Origin: Glycera tridactyla | Lineage: Eukaryota | NCBI GenBank assembly: GCA_965644265.1 | Contig: OZ286462.1 | Span: forward strand, 51,274,001-51,338,000 | Length of the DNA: 64,000 bases | Direction of reading: 5' to 3' | Program-made: the position numbers and the translations under genes | Notes under the pieces: model-generated | The model's database searches: none | Told to the model about the DNA's origin: nothing | What the model saw: the letters and a program-made list of their open reading frames with translations, nothing else | Shown here: one piece after another, positions 9,081 to 21,414 of the stretch | How the letters are laid out: each line of letters opens with the position of its first letter | Position numbering within the stretch: the first letter of the stretch is position 1

Positions 9081-9345
9081 AAGAAACATATTGTTTATAT
9101 CATCCAATACTTGAGCTATTCCGATGTGATTACAAATCTATTTGTATGAGAGCCCGTGGTGAACCAGGAATAGACGCATGCGAGAAGGATTGAATTGATC
9201 ATATCGACAGAGTGAGAACCTTCGAATTGGGTGATTGCATCCTCGAGATGTCCCAAGTACTTTTCTCACATTGTTATCTTATAATGTGTTGTATTATGTA
9301 CACTCGAAGCAAAATAAAAGACTATTATTATTATTATTATTATTA
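9081..9345 (+). other. LINE 3' UTR with nested stem-loop, polyA signal and (TAT)n tail
   Basis: GTGAGAA (9212-9218) / TTCTCAC (9263-9269), TTGGG/CCCAA and CATC/GATG nested stems. AATAAA at 9313, then TATTATTAT... to 9345. Confidence 0.8.
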
Positions 9346-12104
9346 ATATGTCAGTATAATTTCAAAAATCTGTTGAGTCCATTCAAAAGTCAAATGACTG
9401 AAAATGGTTGAACCGTCAGTCTCATGAATTCGATCACTCAATCAGGACCAGGGTCGACACATCCCAGTATACATAGAGGAAGATTCGATGATGAAGGTTC
9501 ATCTGCAGTTTCAAGGGATCTCACAACAGTGAATTCACAGTAGCCAGTATTTGAGGCAACTATGTGGATGTATTTTGGACATGTCTATATCAGAATCTCT
9601 TATTTTGAGTTCCGCAAAACCTAAGATTTCATAACACGACTTTTCTCTCCGTCACTCTGTCCACTTCTGATTGGGACACTGCGAAAATCATTCCTGTTAG
9701 GTAACCAATTTCATTACTCTCTTATCACATGCATTTGTAGCTTTTCCTGGGAGCAATAATCAAAGAAATTAGAGAAACATTATTGGCATTCAGATTCAGG
9801 GTTTACCATCATAGTCTGTGTCATCAGTATTTCAAGTGATGCATCAACTTTTTTGAGGCCATTTCAGTGAAAATGAAAGATTATCCGAAATTCAGAGGGG
9901 CAGATGGTCATGTGGTGAGAATCCATTAAGGGGATGTTATCCTCAGAGAGGATTGTCGATAGATAGTGAAAAACCCCGAACAGTTCGTGAAAACGATGAT
10001 TAGGTCTGTTTTTGTGTTGTTGTACAGGACACTCAATAGCTTGTGGCAAGCTTGAATCAGTTTTTGTCAACAAGAGAAGAGTTGCACTTACATAGTCTTC
10101 TGTGCCCACATGTCATTAAATAGCCCTGAAGACACGCGGACCTTTGACCGCATCCTGTCTGCCCCCAGAGTTCACACGGCTGTGACCCAACATCAAAGAG
10201 TTTGCCAAGTACTCCGGGGAATTTCATGACCACTTTCAAATTTATGATCTAGGATATCATTACAGAGAAGAACTCTTGCTTACTTCATGTTGTTGGTTGG
10301 TTGAAGTGTAATGTAACATTAGTCCCATATGTGCTATATTGGGATGCCTGTATAATGGGATCATTAGAGAATCTCCTGGAACATCTGTTCGTATAAAGAT
10401 CTCAAATGAAGAATCATTTTGGAACATGATAAGAACATTGGATGGGAATTGCTTTGATTTTCTGTGCTGAAAGATTAATTCACACATGAACGAACCTACA
10501 AACTGCATCATCTGTGAATTTTTGGTAATCATTGCCAAATGATCGTAGCCAATCAGTACATTGTCAATTACAACCTCTCAGATTTTCGGGGGCCATTGGC
10601 TAATAACTTGGTAGCCAGCAGGCAAATTTAGTACAAATAGGCTACCCTGAGGTAACACTGTAGAAGCTTGAGAATATGGGATAGATGTTCTATACTTGAA
10701 CAGCTTCTTTATGTTTATTACTGAAAAATGCTTTGCTGCAACTGTGTTTGGAAATGCCTTCATCTTTCACGCTGTTGACAGTGATCAAACTTGAAGTTAC
10801 AAGATGATGTTGAAATCCTCATCAGACTTTTTCAGTGTGCGCACATATTTTGGCTTGCAGGGTTCGGCCTTTAAGGGATTTCATTCTAATTTACTTGCAG
10901 AGTCTTAGTAAATTACTTAATAATTGTACACCCAAAGTCTGTTGACAGTTTTGACGGGTGATAATTGGAAGGTAATTGACAGTCTTTCTATATGGAGAAT
11001 ACTGTTACCTCAAGTAACCTGGGCAAAGTCATTCCTTTCTCTCCAGGCATCTTTCAAAATCTTTGATTTGTATAATGAGGTAGAAGATTGCCTGTGAGTT
11101 CTTAGCTCCATCTTGAAATATCCTCTTTCTCAACAGTCTTGTGGTGAACACTCAAGGTTTTTATATGCTCTGCTTCCATACTTGTGAGAAAATACAAATA
11201 TATGGAAAAGAAAATGAAAAAGTTGGCGTTGATAGCAGTGCCCTCATTTGAGCCTGTGATCAAGCATAGCTTCCGGTTGTTACCATGAAGTTTGATATTT
11301 TGGTCAGGATCAATGAAGGGAATTTATCACTTGATAATGCATTAAATCAAATTGAAAATGAACATAATTTGACTCATCTTGGAGAAAAATTGGAAAATAT
11401 TTTTCTTAAAGATTGAAATTTTTTGAGGATGGAATATATGCATAAGTGCACAGATAACAATATGATACATCATGCTCAGATGAAAAGTTGAACATGGCTC
11501 ACATCCATTGAAGCTCATTATCATGTTCCTCAAAAGGTTGATCCTAATCAGTTGATGGATCTCTCAAAATTACAAAACAAAAATGACACCTGTAAGTGAA
11601 TTCTTTAATGTTGAATATGAACAAATCTTTTTTGAGTTTTCCCTTTTCGATTTTCACTTTTTAAGTTTGAGATCCACACTATCCATGGTTAGTTCTGGTG
11701 TAGTATGGTCAAAGATGGTGGATGTTAGGTAGAGTTATCTATTAGTACACGGATGTGTATCGGTGATTGATTTGAGGCGGCTGTCACAGCCATAGCTTTG
11801 AGTGAAGAAGCATGCTTTCTGCTGGTGTTTTCAAGTGTCGCAAGTAAATCACCGCGTGGCGAAGGATAATGTTACATGATGAAATATTGTAATGAGCACT
11901 GTATGAGGCCACCTTACACTCATGTGACTCACAAACGATCGTATATCAGCGAGAATCGATACCATTTCAGGTTGCCGTTAATAAATCATGGTTGTGTTCA
12001 AGTCAAGAATGCATAGCTTGGAAACAACGAGCGATGCCCTCTTTTCGTACCCTTTGCTGGCCACTGATGACAGGCATGATGTGATCTTGAAAGGGATTAC
12101 TTAC

Positions 12105-12140
12105 CTGTGTACGGTAATTTCAATTCAAGTTTCATGGTTC
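12105..12140 (-). CDS. Candidate 36-nt symmetric (phase 1) host-gene exon, (G)TMKLELKLPYT
   Basis: Minus strand cctcttttcag|GAACCATG...TACACAG|gtaagt. Both splice sites are near consensus and only one of three frames is open. Confidence 0.5.
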
Positions 12141-13870
12141 CTGAAAAGAGGTGTTGAGGTTGATAGGGCGGTTTGCAAGTCATGCACATGCATATTTCTT
12201 CATCCTGTACATTTCATCAGTTGCTTTCTGCCTTGATATCAATTGTCTTTACATGGTTAGTGAAACTGTCATCAAGGCTTACATGGTAAATCGACATACA
12301 TGCTCTCATTTCGGAGGAGCTCAGAGTGTTATGCAAAACTTGCTTTCAGAGATGATCAGAATTGAACAGAGATGAGGGAGAGTAACCTTTGAAAGCAGTT
12401 GTCAGTTAAAGGCCAGTTTCCTGCTTCAAGGTTGCTGGTCAAAGATTTCAGTATTGTAATATTTGCTGGATATTCGCTGCGAGAAAATCTCCATCCATGG
12501 CTATTGTTAGGCTACCAATTTAAATTATATCAGTTCAATTGATTTTTAGATAGATGGACCTCAAAATGTGGTTCTGCACATAGATCCAGACCTCCAACAA
12601 CAACAAACAATCCCAGCATGTCCCTATCATTTCTCTATTTCCATCTCCAAATTCTGTTCAACTGTGTTCAGGAATTGGGACCATGTTCATTTCATGCAGA
12701 AATGGTGAATTTCTGTCTTTTGAATGCCGTGAAGGTGAAAGCATAGATCAAGTACATCGTTTACTTGATTCATGGTGAAAGTTTAAAAAATTCAACTATT
12801 CATTGGGTTTCCAGTGATAATTTGTACATGAATCGATCTCCATTCAGAGAGTACCAATTTTATGTACATTGAGGGAAAATAAGATATGTCAAATGGTACT
12901 ACTCTGTTCATTGCGCTCTTAATTTTTCTATGATGAGTGCGTGAATATCGCCACAAATAAGATTTGACACAGGTTTTTAAGTATAAAGCATTCCTGTGAG
13001 GCAAAAGAGATAAATATACTTGGGAAGCTTGGTGGAGGATGAATCTATTATTGTGAGGAGGAGGAGGAACTGGTCGATAACTTAGCTCTCCCCAGACTAA
13101 TTCAACCCACATTACAACTCGTAATGAAACTAATCTGGTGTGTGAATCAATTTTAGTGAATGACCTATGAATAGGTGCCCCCATATACTTCCAGCTCTTA
13201 TAATACATACTGTGCTGTACATGAACGATCATCATTACTGATTTTCTAGGATATTTTTCAGTTTATGCATGATGTATGAAAATACTTAGTAATTTGCGTG
13301 TATAAGTTTATGTGGGTGTTGTTGATGAAGGGAGCAGTGGGGGTTTAATGATTGTACTTTCATCTATTATTTCAAGCTATGTGGTACATGTCTGAAATGA
13401 TAATACAGTATGGCTTGCTCATATTCGATGCAGCTCCACTACGTTCCCCTACTAATTGGGCTCCCAGTAATGCCTTGTCGGTGATCAGGTTCCAATCAAC
13501 GTGGAATGTACTGCCCATAGGCATTGTCTCATCGCGCGTCACGAGTCACGCGTTTGTGCGTGCTGATCAGCCCATTATTTCGCCAATACTGCCATTGTTC
13601 TGTCATCTGCTCGCACACTGCCTGCAATTGTAATTGCAATAAATCATCACTTGTAGCTCATTTGTGCACTCAACTAATGATGCGCTGATGAACGGGGTGT
13701 CAGAAATCGTCACATTTTATCCACCAAAATATTGGGATAGACAATCTCTTGATCTGTATTCTTTCAACTTCCCCATTCTTCTCCTGGATAGGTGAAACTC
13801 CTGTTAACAACTTTCTGATTTTTGCCCACAGAAATGATTGCTGTCCTTGAGATGCTTGGCTCCTATAGTA

Positions 13871-14048
13871 CAGTGAAACCTGTCTTGGGAGACCCCTCTT
13901 TTGGGAGACCACCCTCTAATGGGAGACTGCTCTTTGTCGGCTATTCTCTATTTGACATAGTCAAATATACCTCCAATGAGAGACCACCTCTCTTGAGAGA
14001 CCACTTTTCGTTGGCGTTTGGGGCGGTCTCCCAAGACAGGTTTTACTG
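13871..14048 (+). mobile_element. Tc1/mariner-type MITE, subfamily A (full length, 178 bp)
   Basis: TA flanks. TIR CAGTGAAACCTGTCTTGGGAGACC vs GGTCTCCCAAGACAGGTTTTACTG (1 mismatch in 24). Central palindrome TATTTGAC-ATA-GTCAAATA and repeated GAGACCACC motifs. Confidence 0.9.
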
Positions 14049-14472
14049 TATAATAACTCTCAGCCACATATATGATGAGTTTTTCTCAACTGATGTTTTC
14101 TTGTGGATGGCTTTGTTTTCCTTGAAAGAGAGCTTTGGAAAGAGACATCCAACAACTTTCATCTCCTGCTTGTTGATGCATTTTGCTGCCTGAAATAAGG
14201 GCAAGAAATATCTGTATTCAGTATATATATATGCGACTGATTGGGATGAGAAAAACTTGATTGAATTTATATTTGGTCAGGGGTGTGTTTTTCTTGGTGG
14301 TTCAATTTACCTTCATCAGCAGGAGTCTGCATTGTCATATTTCTGTGGTTGATTTCTGTCCAGTGAGAGTTGATGTTCTTCTGATGATATGGTAGGGGTG
14401 TTTGGCCATATGCACATGTCACTCATTCCCAGTGTAATTGCGAGCAAATTCCTCGTGGAGAATAATTGCAGA

Positions 14473-14653
14473 TTGTGCACGCAAGACTGTTGATGAGCAG
14501 CAACGCTCACGACACACGTCTACCTCTATTATCACCCAGCAGGATCCCCTCAAGATGGAGGCAGGCGAGTCTTCACACCTGCAATTTGCATCCGAGGCTG
14601 AGGGAGGCTTCACTGGCTTTAGACCTATTACAGATGGAAGTAATTCTCAGTAA
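14473..14653 (+). CDS. Weak candidate exon (DCARKTVDEQQRSRHTSTSIITQQDPLKMEAGESSHLQFASEAEGGFTGFRPITDGSNSQ*)
   Basis: The open frame has a protein-like composition and a taattgcag acceptor. The polypyrimidine tract is poor and no homology was recognised. Confidence 0.2.
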
Positions 14654-16289
14654 TGTTCAAATTGGTTGAGATGGATTATGATAAATCATAAGTGAACTGC
14701 ATTTGTTGAGTTGACAGCAGTTTTTCTTGATTGTGGGACTGTATGGAACTCAGGGCACAAATGAAGCTTATGCATATTTAATGGCTGCTACTGAAGCTGC
14801 TGCATTTGATACTAGCTCAGCTTCATATGCAGCAAAGCTAAGATGAAAGTGGCTGGGACTTCTTTAAAAATCACTGTCTGTTGTTTGCAAAGGATAGGAA
14901 GTTGAAACAATAGGATATCCCCCTGTCTCCAAGAAAATGACATGATATTATTCAATTCTTCAATCAATTTGATGATAGAAGATGTTACACTAATATTAAG
15001 TATTATGTGAAAACCACAACCATTGGCCTACTCTTGTACAATGGATGGAACTTTCGGCTACATTGTCAAAAGTTTTGATTGTTTCATACCTAGAATCACA
15101 TTGTTTGTGATCCAGAATCAGTCGTTTTGTATTGTTTTGCTGGTCAGCACAGACACATAGTTTGAGGAAAATAATGCAGTATCATGATTGTTCAGTTGTA
15201 GTGTCATGTAAATGAATGATGGCGACGCTCAGTCCCATACATGATGTCAAATCTCTTCTATTGCTTACAAAGCATTCACACAAAGAGAACTTGCCTCACA
15301 GGATGGTGTTGCATCACCAAACTGTGGGTAGACATATGTTCAAAACATTAATATACCTCTTGGTCAGGGCTGGTGTTATTGACCATGTCAGTACTCAGCG
15401 AGGCTATGACAAGACTCAAGTGTGTAATAGTTTATTGACTTGGCTAGAGACGTGTTCAGGCCTGATTTACTCTAGGCCTGTGAAATTACAAGGATTTATT
15501 CCACTGTTGTCTGGTATACATCCAATTTAAATGGTATTCACATCTAAGCTGGCTTTATTTTTGTTTGATTCTGGAAAACCTACAGCTATTGCCTCTGATG
15601 CTATGCCGGTAAAACCTCCCCAGGCAGAATGACTGATGGCGTGAGTAGACTAGCAACAAAATGACACAGCCAGATTCAGACCATAGCTCTCAATTGCTAG
15701 AAAAGCTTGTCTGTGTCCCATAAAAAAGTCAAAACAAGATATTCTATCACACAACATAGAAGCCTTTCCAATGGTGTAAACATTCTAAAATGCAAATCCA
15801 TTCTTATTTCTATCCTTTTTAAAAAGAGAATCATGGCAATTGGAAGTGCCTGTGCCATTAGTGAATAGATTTCTTGGACTGTTTCAAATATCATAATCAC
15901 GAAAGTGAAAGTCTACGCTGATGGTCCTGTGCATTTCGGCATGATTTACACTCTTTGGAGGTTGGAGAGGGGTTGCTTAGGACAAGTAAATTATGGTGGG
16001 AAACACTGATTTGAAATTACAAAGTCAATGCTTGAGCCAGGTTGCTGCCTAGTGTAGAGACTGCAGAAGAAAGGTAAGCCTGTATCTCATAATCAGCCTA
16101 GCCTGACAGACTATCGGTACATCAAAATGTTACGATCACACAGCCTGTCTTGTTTGCGATGGATATAGTGGAGATTTGAGATTTTTCATGTGTAACATTT
16201 AAATTCCTTACTATATCAATCCCTGATGTTCATTATTATGGTGATGTGGAATGATCAGATGGACGGTAGATGTGCAGATATAGTAGCTG

Positions 16290-16560
16290 ATATGACGCGG
16301 GAAAGGCAATCATGAATTGCTGAGAAGATTTGTGTCAGTGGCATGTGTCCCCGTGATCTGTGCCTTTGTCCAGGTGATGGTTATGTACAACGGCGCCGAT
16401 GCACCAGCGATATTGGCCGATCGTCTTTATGGCCGAAGTGGAGAAGGTTAGGCAAGGTTCGCTGACAGTAGGATAATGAGAACGTGGGAAGCTTCTGATA
16501 TGTTACTTGTGCGCTTGTCGTAATATGCGATCGGAGATTGCCCTCCAGTGGTGGCTGCAG
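16290..16560 (-). pseudogene. Degenerate RTE-clade LINE C-terminal relic
   Basis: Manual minus-strand translation TYQKLPTFSLSYCQRTL..HFGHKDDRPISLV....*PSPGQRHRSRGHMPLT. This resembles the RTE ORF C-terminus (LYG.LP..S..I..RRL.F.GH....PIS.V..W.P..G.R.RGRP.LT). Confidence 0.45.
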
Positions 16561-17678
16561 CTCGTTTCATAATTTGACAAGACATGATGGCTCCTCACAT
16601 GGCTATGTGCCAGAGATTGTTACTTGTTCTCGTGTGAGTTTCACAAGAGGCTGAGCTCCCTTGAGATCATGGTGGATGCTCCTAATTGATATTTAATTTG
16701 ATAGAATTCAGAGTAATACAAGGGCATAAATGTCTTTTGTGTACAGGGCATGCAAATAAGGAAGGTCTACACTAGGATAACCACACTGAGAGGAGGTCCT
16801 GCACACCCTATTGAATGCATCATCATCTTAGACCATGAATGCAAAATCTGATTGTGTCCCAATCAATAGGTTTGAAATGTGATGCATAGACATCAGATAC
16901 TTCATTCTGGCCACTATTGTGTGCACTATCCTGAAGTTCTGGTATTTACTGCATTTTCGCTGAATATCAGCCCTGCCTTGCTGTGTTGACATGCATGGAA
17001 TCCTTGGTACAATTCCTGCTCTCTTCATCTCCGATGTGTGGATAATAGTTTCTTGGTTCAGGACCACTGGATATAGAAGCAACGAGGGACTTTCCAGAGA
17101 GTATGCAGTTTTTTGTTGATGGAGTACATTTTGCTGTGCAGTCAAATGAAGTATTGAAATCAGTTGTCTTTCGATCAGATCTCTTCTTGTGGATCTTTCA
17201 TCCTGCTTTCTGTCTAACTTCCACTATTTGTATTCTTATGACCAATTGAGTGAATCAGTTCATTTTAAAAATAATTGTATTGTCTTTTTGATGTTCAATA
17301 CAATGCATGGAGAAAAATGCCAGAATTGGTGATGCTTGAGAAGATATCGAATGAGGTCTCACCAAGTATGAGGGGAAAAAAATTGTTTTGTATTTGAATG
17401 TTTGCTTTGAGGAAGTACTCTTAGAAATGTTGATCAGACTCCAGCTGGGGAATGGAACCTGATCCAATATCACTCCCCATAATTAAAAAGGCCTCAATGA
17501 AATCTCCATGATCACATAGACATTTACAAACAATAGTTGAAATCGGAATCTTATCTATTTTCTGGAGCATTGTAAATTTAAGTGCACATAGGAAGTTGAG
17601 GAGACCACTTCAACTTCACAAGTGCATTTTTTCTCCATTTCTGTCAGTTTAGCTGTTGGTTTGTTCATCTCACTCTCT

Positions 17679-18044
17679 NNNNNNNNNNNNNNNNNNNNNN
17701 NNNNNNNNNNNNNNNNNNNNNNNNNNNNNNNNNNNNNNNNNNNNNNNNNNNNNNNNNNNNNNNNNNNNNNNNNNNNNNNNNNNNNNNNNNNNNNNNNNNN
17801 NNNNNNNNNNNNNNNNNNNNNNNNNNNTGATTTGTTAATCTCCCAATGTATTCATACATTCATAAATTCGTTCATTAATTTATTCATCCACTCATCCATG
17901 AATTCCTTCACCTNNNNNNNNNNNNNNNNNNNNNNNNNNNNNNNNNNNNNNNNNNNNNNNNNNNNNNNNNNNNNNNNNNNNNNNNNNNNNNNNNNNNNNN
18001 NNNNNNNNNNNNNNNNNNNNNNNNNNNNNNNNNNNNNNNNNNNN
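17679..18044. other. Two assembly or masking gaps (17679-17827, 17914-18044) flanked by CT- and CATT-rich simple sequence
   Basis: N runs adjacent to ctctct and ttcattcat-type sequence. Confidence 0.95.
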
Positions 18045-19706
18045 GTCCCCATGCCTCACTTTGGATTTAACTCCCTCCCCATTTATTTGTTTACTTTTAG
18101 GATTCCTGATCTCACTAGTCCCTTTGTTGTCTGAATTCCCCATCCATAAATAGCTAATAGATGTAGACCAACTATCACTTTGGATCAATTGCTTGTAAGA
18201 CTTCAAAATGTAGGCCATTTTTGCTGTTATGAGAGGCAATATCATTAGGAGTGATAATGGAATAGAAAAACATGGTGATCAATCATTTAATCCCGAACAC
18301 AATCAGTCATGCGCTTTGTCTCATTGAACGTGACGGAATGACCCATTTATTACCATATTGTTGAGCTTCTTGGTCCATTCATGAGGTATCCCTGCAAGTG
18401 CATCTTCTTGATAGGAGTTTCAGTCATATGTGATCCCAGAGATCGATTCTGTTGATCAAATTAGATTTCGATTTCACTAATCGATGTCACCATGTTGGAG
18501 TTCATTTCATAGATAGTAAGAAAAGACTGAATAGTGAATGTATTAATCAAGAAATGGCAAGCTTGGTACAGTTACCATTTTCTTAAGATATATTCATTGA
18601 TTTATTCATTATTTTTGAACATGTGATTGCTGTCCATGAATATACTTGAATCAACTCTGAATTGCCTATCAAATGATCATGTGTTTCTATGCTGCCCTGA
18701 TGGATCGCCCGTGGTAGTTGTGTCTGGTCACTGCGTGTGATACTCATCCACCAATCGTCTCTCTGATGCTATTCTGAAATGTTACTGAAACAGACAAAAA
18801 TGCACAACCTGTGAACAACCAGGAACACATGGCATACATAACCCGAGGGTTGATACATGCTGTTAAACCTCAAACAAACAACACAAAATTATGTCAGACT
18901 GGACAAATGTTGCATGTATTGCTTATTTCTGAACAGTTGAGTGGACAATGGTCTTCGGTCTTCATAATGATTCATTGGATGTATAATCTGTGTAAAGTCA
19001 CGAATTACATCTTGGCCACATTGCACACGATTCGAAGGATTCTCTCGTCTGATGTTGGTGTTCCCCATTGCTGGAGGCAACTAAGAAAATCTGCAGTTTT
19101 ACCGAGTACCATAGCCGCTTATTAAAATGGCCCCGGGTGGCATCTTGGTCTCAATTTGGCATGAACATTTCGCAGCTTTCAGCACATTCTGTGGAAGCCT
19201 CATAAAAAGTATACTCATCTTAAGGCAATTTTGTTTTCATGCTGGTACCTAGTTTGTATTCAGGTTAAGGAATATAGGGTCATCAGGGAAACATTTTAGG
19301 ACATATTTTGATAAAAATAGATAGATAATGCTGCCCTAAACACGATTCCAGTATCACACTGCCATGTGTCATGTGGCATTGAAATGCAGGATGGTTGCGT
19401 CCAAGCAATTCATTTACGGCAGAGTAGCGCAAGATGATATTTAATTCATATGTGAATCAGATTAGTTTCGGGCCATAGGTGCTGTGGGGAATGCCCTCTC
19501 CTGGAAGATGCTAAGGTGAAAAATAGATAGAAACACGGTCATGTGCAGCTAACACTGTTAACCATGTGCCACGGCGGATGTAATCAGAATCTATGGCTTT
19601 CCACTCCCATCACTCATTTCCGAAGTGGAAAATGCTGGACACCAATCCACCACTTTTCCCGAGTGATTTAGTATCAATATCATTATTTACATGATACTCA
19701 TTTCAG

Positions 19707-19794
19707 AAATACATGCTTAGTACAGATCAAATGAAGTGGAAAGAAAAGTATGAACGAGTGAAGAAAGAAGTGAATGCAGCATTGGAGCTGTCAG
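19707..19794 (+). CDS. Candidate 88-nt host exon encoding a coiled-coil-like segment KYMLSTDQMKWKEKYERVKKEVNAALELS(G)
   Basis: ctcatttcag| acceptor and CAG|gtattt donor. The open frame is charged and heptad-like. Confidence 0.45.
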
Positions 19795-20259
19795 GTATTT
19801 GCTCAGTAAAGGACATGAGCAGGGCAGGTTTGATGGTACCGTCAGTAGTTGACAAAGATAGAAATATCTATTTGTGACCCAAGTTGGAGAACTTGAAAAG
19901 CTTGGAATTGTGTGATTGATATGGAATTTCATGATGGAGTAGATATTAAATCTGACCTCTTGTCACTCAAGTGTGATAAATATGGTAATTTTGTTGGATG
20001 AATAAAAAGACACAATGTATCTCATGCATGTCAGTCACACCAGAGCACAGCATTTACGCTAATTAGTCTTGAAAAGCTGAGGGAAAAATCCTGGCAGAAT
20101 GTCTCATTCGACTGGTGCCTTGTTGTGTTATTTTGGCAGCAGGTGACCAGACCAATCTGACAAATGTCAATATGATTGCACCAGAGGTCAAGGTACTCCT
20201 GGAGGGATGAGCCCTGCAGCCTAAAATGGCGACCCCGGTGATCATCTGGTATGCCCCGC

Positions 20260-20560
20260 AGTGGTATACAGTGACCCTAGAAGAGGTGGGGTGACCGTGA
20301 CGAATGTCCCGTTAGGTGCCACTCGGCAGAGGATGTGGTTGTCACGCAACTGGAGGATGCCTCACGCAATCGACACCGATTGTTCGACTATACGCAGTTT
20401 GACTACCACTAATTTCTGCCATTATCACTCATCTTCACACTACCCAATAGGAGACGCATCCTGCCTAGACTCCATGCCCTTTTATCCAGGTCCCATTGAA
20501 ACCTGGGCACCATTTCACTCAAGGGTAAATGCACTCAGAGTATCAGATCCTTCTCGGAAT
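20260..20560 (-). mobile_element. Possible SINE-like or other interspersed repeat fragment
   Basis: CpG-rich island in AT-rich DNA. The minus strand contains CCCAGGTTTCAATGGGACCTGG, similar to the CCCAGGTGTAAATGGGTACC core of metazoan tRNA-SINE central domains. No clear A/B box was seen. Confidence 0.3.
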
Positions 20561-21166
20561 ATCATGACAATTGAGAGCCATGACATGTTGGAATGTGAAA
20601 GCTTATAAATGTCCCCCTCCCCTCCATAGGCAGCCATTGTAGCAAGAATCATGATATCACCCAACATTTGATGGTGCTACATACATCTAGGGCATGACAA
20701 TTGGAACGCCTTTTGTCCCATTTGCATGATAACTGTATGGACTATAATACATACTGGCTAATTATCCTGCCAGAACTATCCATTTGTCATAGGAGGATGG
20801 GCTGTTGCATGCTGTTACATGGTTAGACTTCCTTCTATGAATAGATCCATGAAGAGATCAGGTCTCGTGACATAGATCTCCGAACCCATCATTGATGACT
20901 GTTACATATATTGTCAGATTTAAAGGTGAGCTATCGGAGCAATATGGTTAGAAGTTGCTCTTTCATACATGTACATATACACTGTATGGAAATGCACACA
21001 TTCATCGATGAATGAGGAACAGTAGCTAGAGAAATGAAGTAGCTTGCAATTGGCAACTTTCTCCGCAAAAATTGTCAGATATAATCCAGCAGAAGCAGAA
21101 CATTGTCAAAAATGTCATTTATATTATCAATTGGTTCACCTACTTCTCAGTTCCTCAACTTGGTAC

Positions 21167-21414
21167 CTGTCATTTTAGTTAAATCAATAGAAGAGAATTG
21201 CTTGGTATCATTTGTAACTGCTCTGGGCAAGCATTTCAGGGGATCTGAGACAGAGAAGATGAATGAGTTAGAATGCGGACATTTAGACAGACATTCATCC
21301 GAGGCAGGGGGCTTGATGGATATTGGGATTGATGAGTCAGCCATGATGGACGGAAGTAGGTCATTCACCCCATGTGATCACCGCACCATATGCAGAGTAT
21401 CGACAACCCATCAG
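21167..21414 (-). CDS. Candidate exon with an internal ATG at 21344 (MADSSIPISIKPPASDECLSKCPHSNSFIFSVSDPLKCLPRAVTNDTKQFSSIDLTKMT)
   Basis: Strong aattttaatttcag acceptor, ACAG|gtacca donor and atcATGG Kozak context. It ends in phase 1, compatible with the 12105-12140 exon. Confidence 0.35.

Larger units (their letters stand above)
4455..9345 (+). mobile_element. 5'-truncated, young CR1-group (CR1/L2/Crack/Daphne-like) non-LTR retrotransposon with a 2A-fronted ORF2
   Basis: ORF1 C-terminal remnant, intact APE-RT ORF2, 3' UTR stem-loop, AATAAA (9313-9318) and (TAT)n tail (9323-9345). The 5' boundary is uncertain (about 4455-4510) and no TSD was found. Confidence 0.9.

Noticed and set aside
9400-11350. 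Possible decayed coding region (SIPYSQ as in Penelope elements; LPQGS as in RT)
   Set aside because: The motifs are isolated, flanking residues do not fit either family, and all frames have many stops. A translated HMM search would be needed to assign it.
12064-12096. CTGATGA...GAAA hammerhead-like core
   Set aside because: Stem II does not close properly and no stem I/III or NUH site could be built.
16374-16446. Plus-strand 73-nt exon with a good acceptor (tttgtccag|G) and AAG|gttagg donor
   Set aside because: It lies antisense within the RTE-like relic, which explains the composition. It may be exonised but there is no support.
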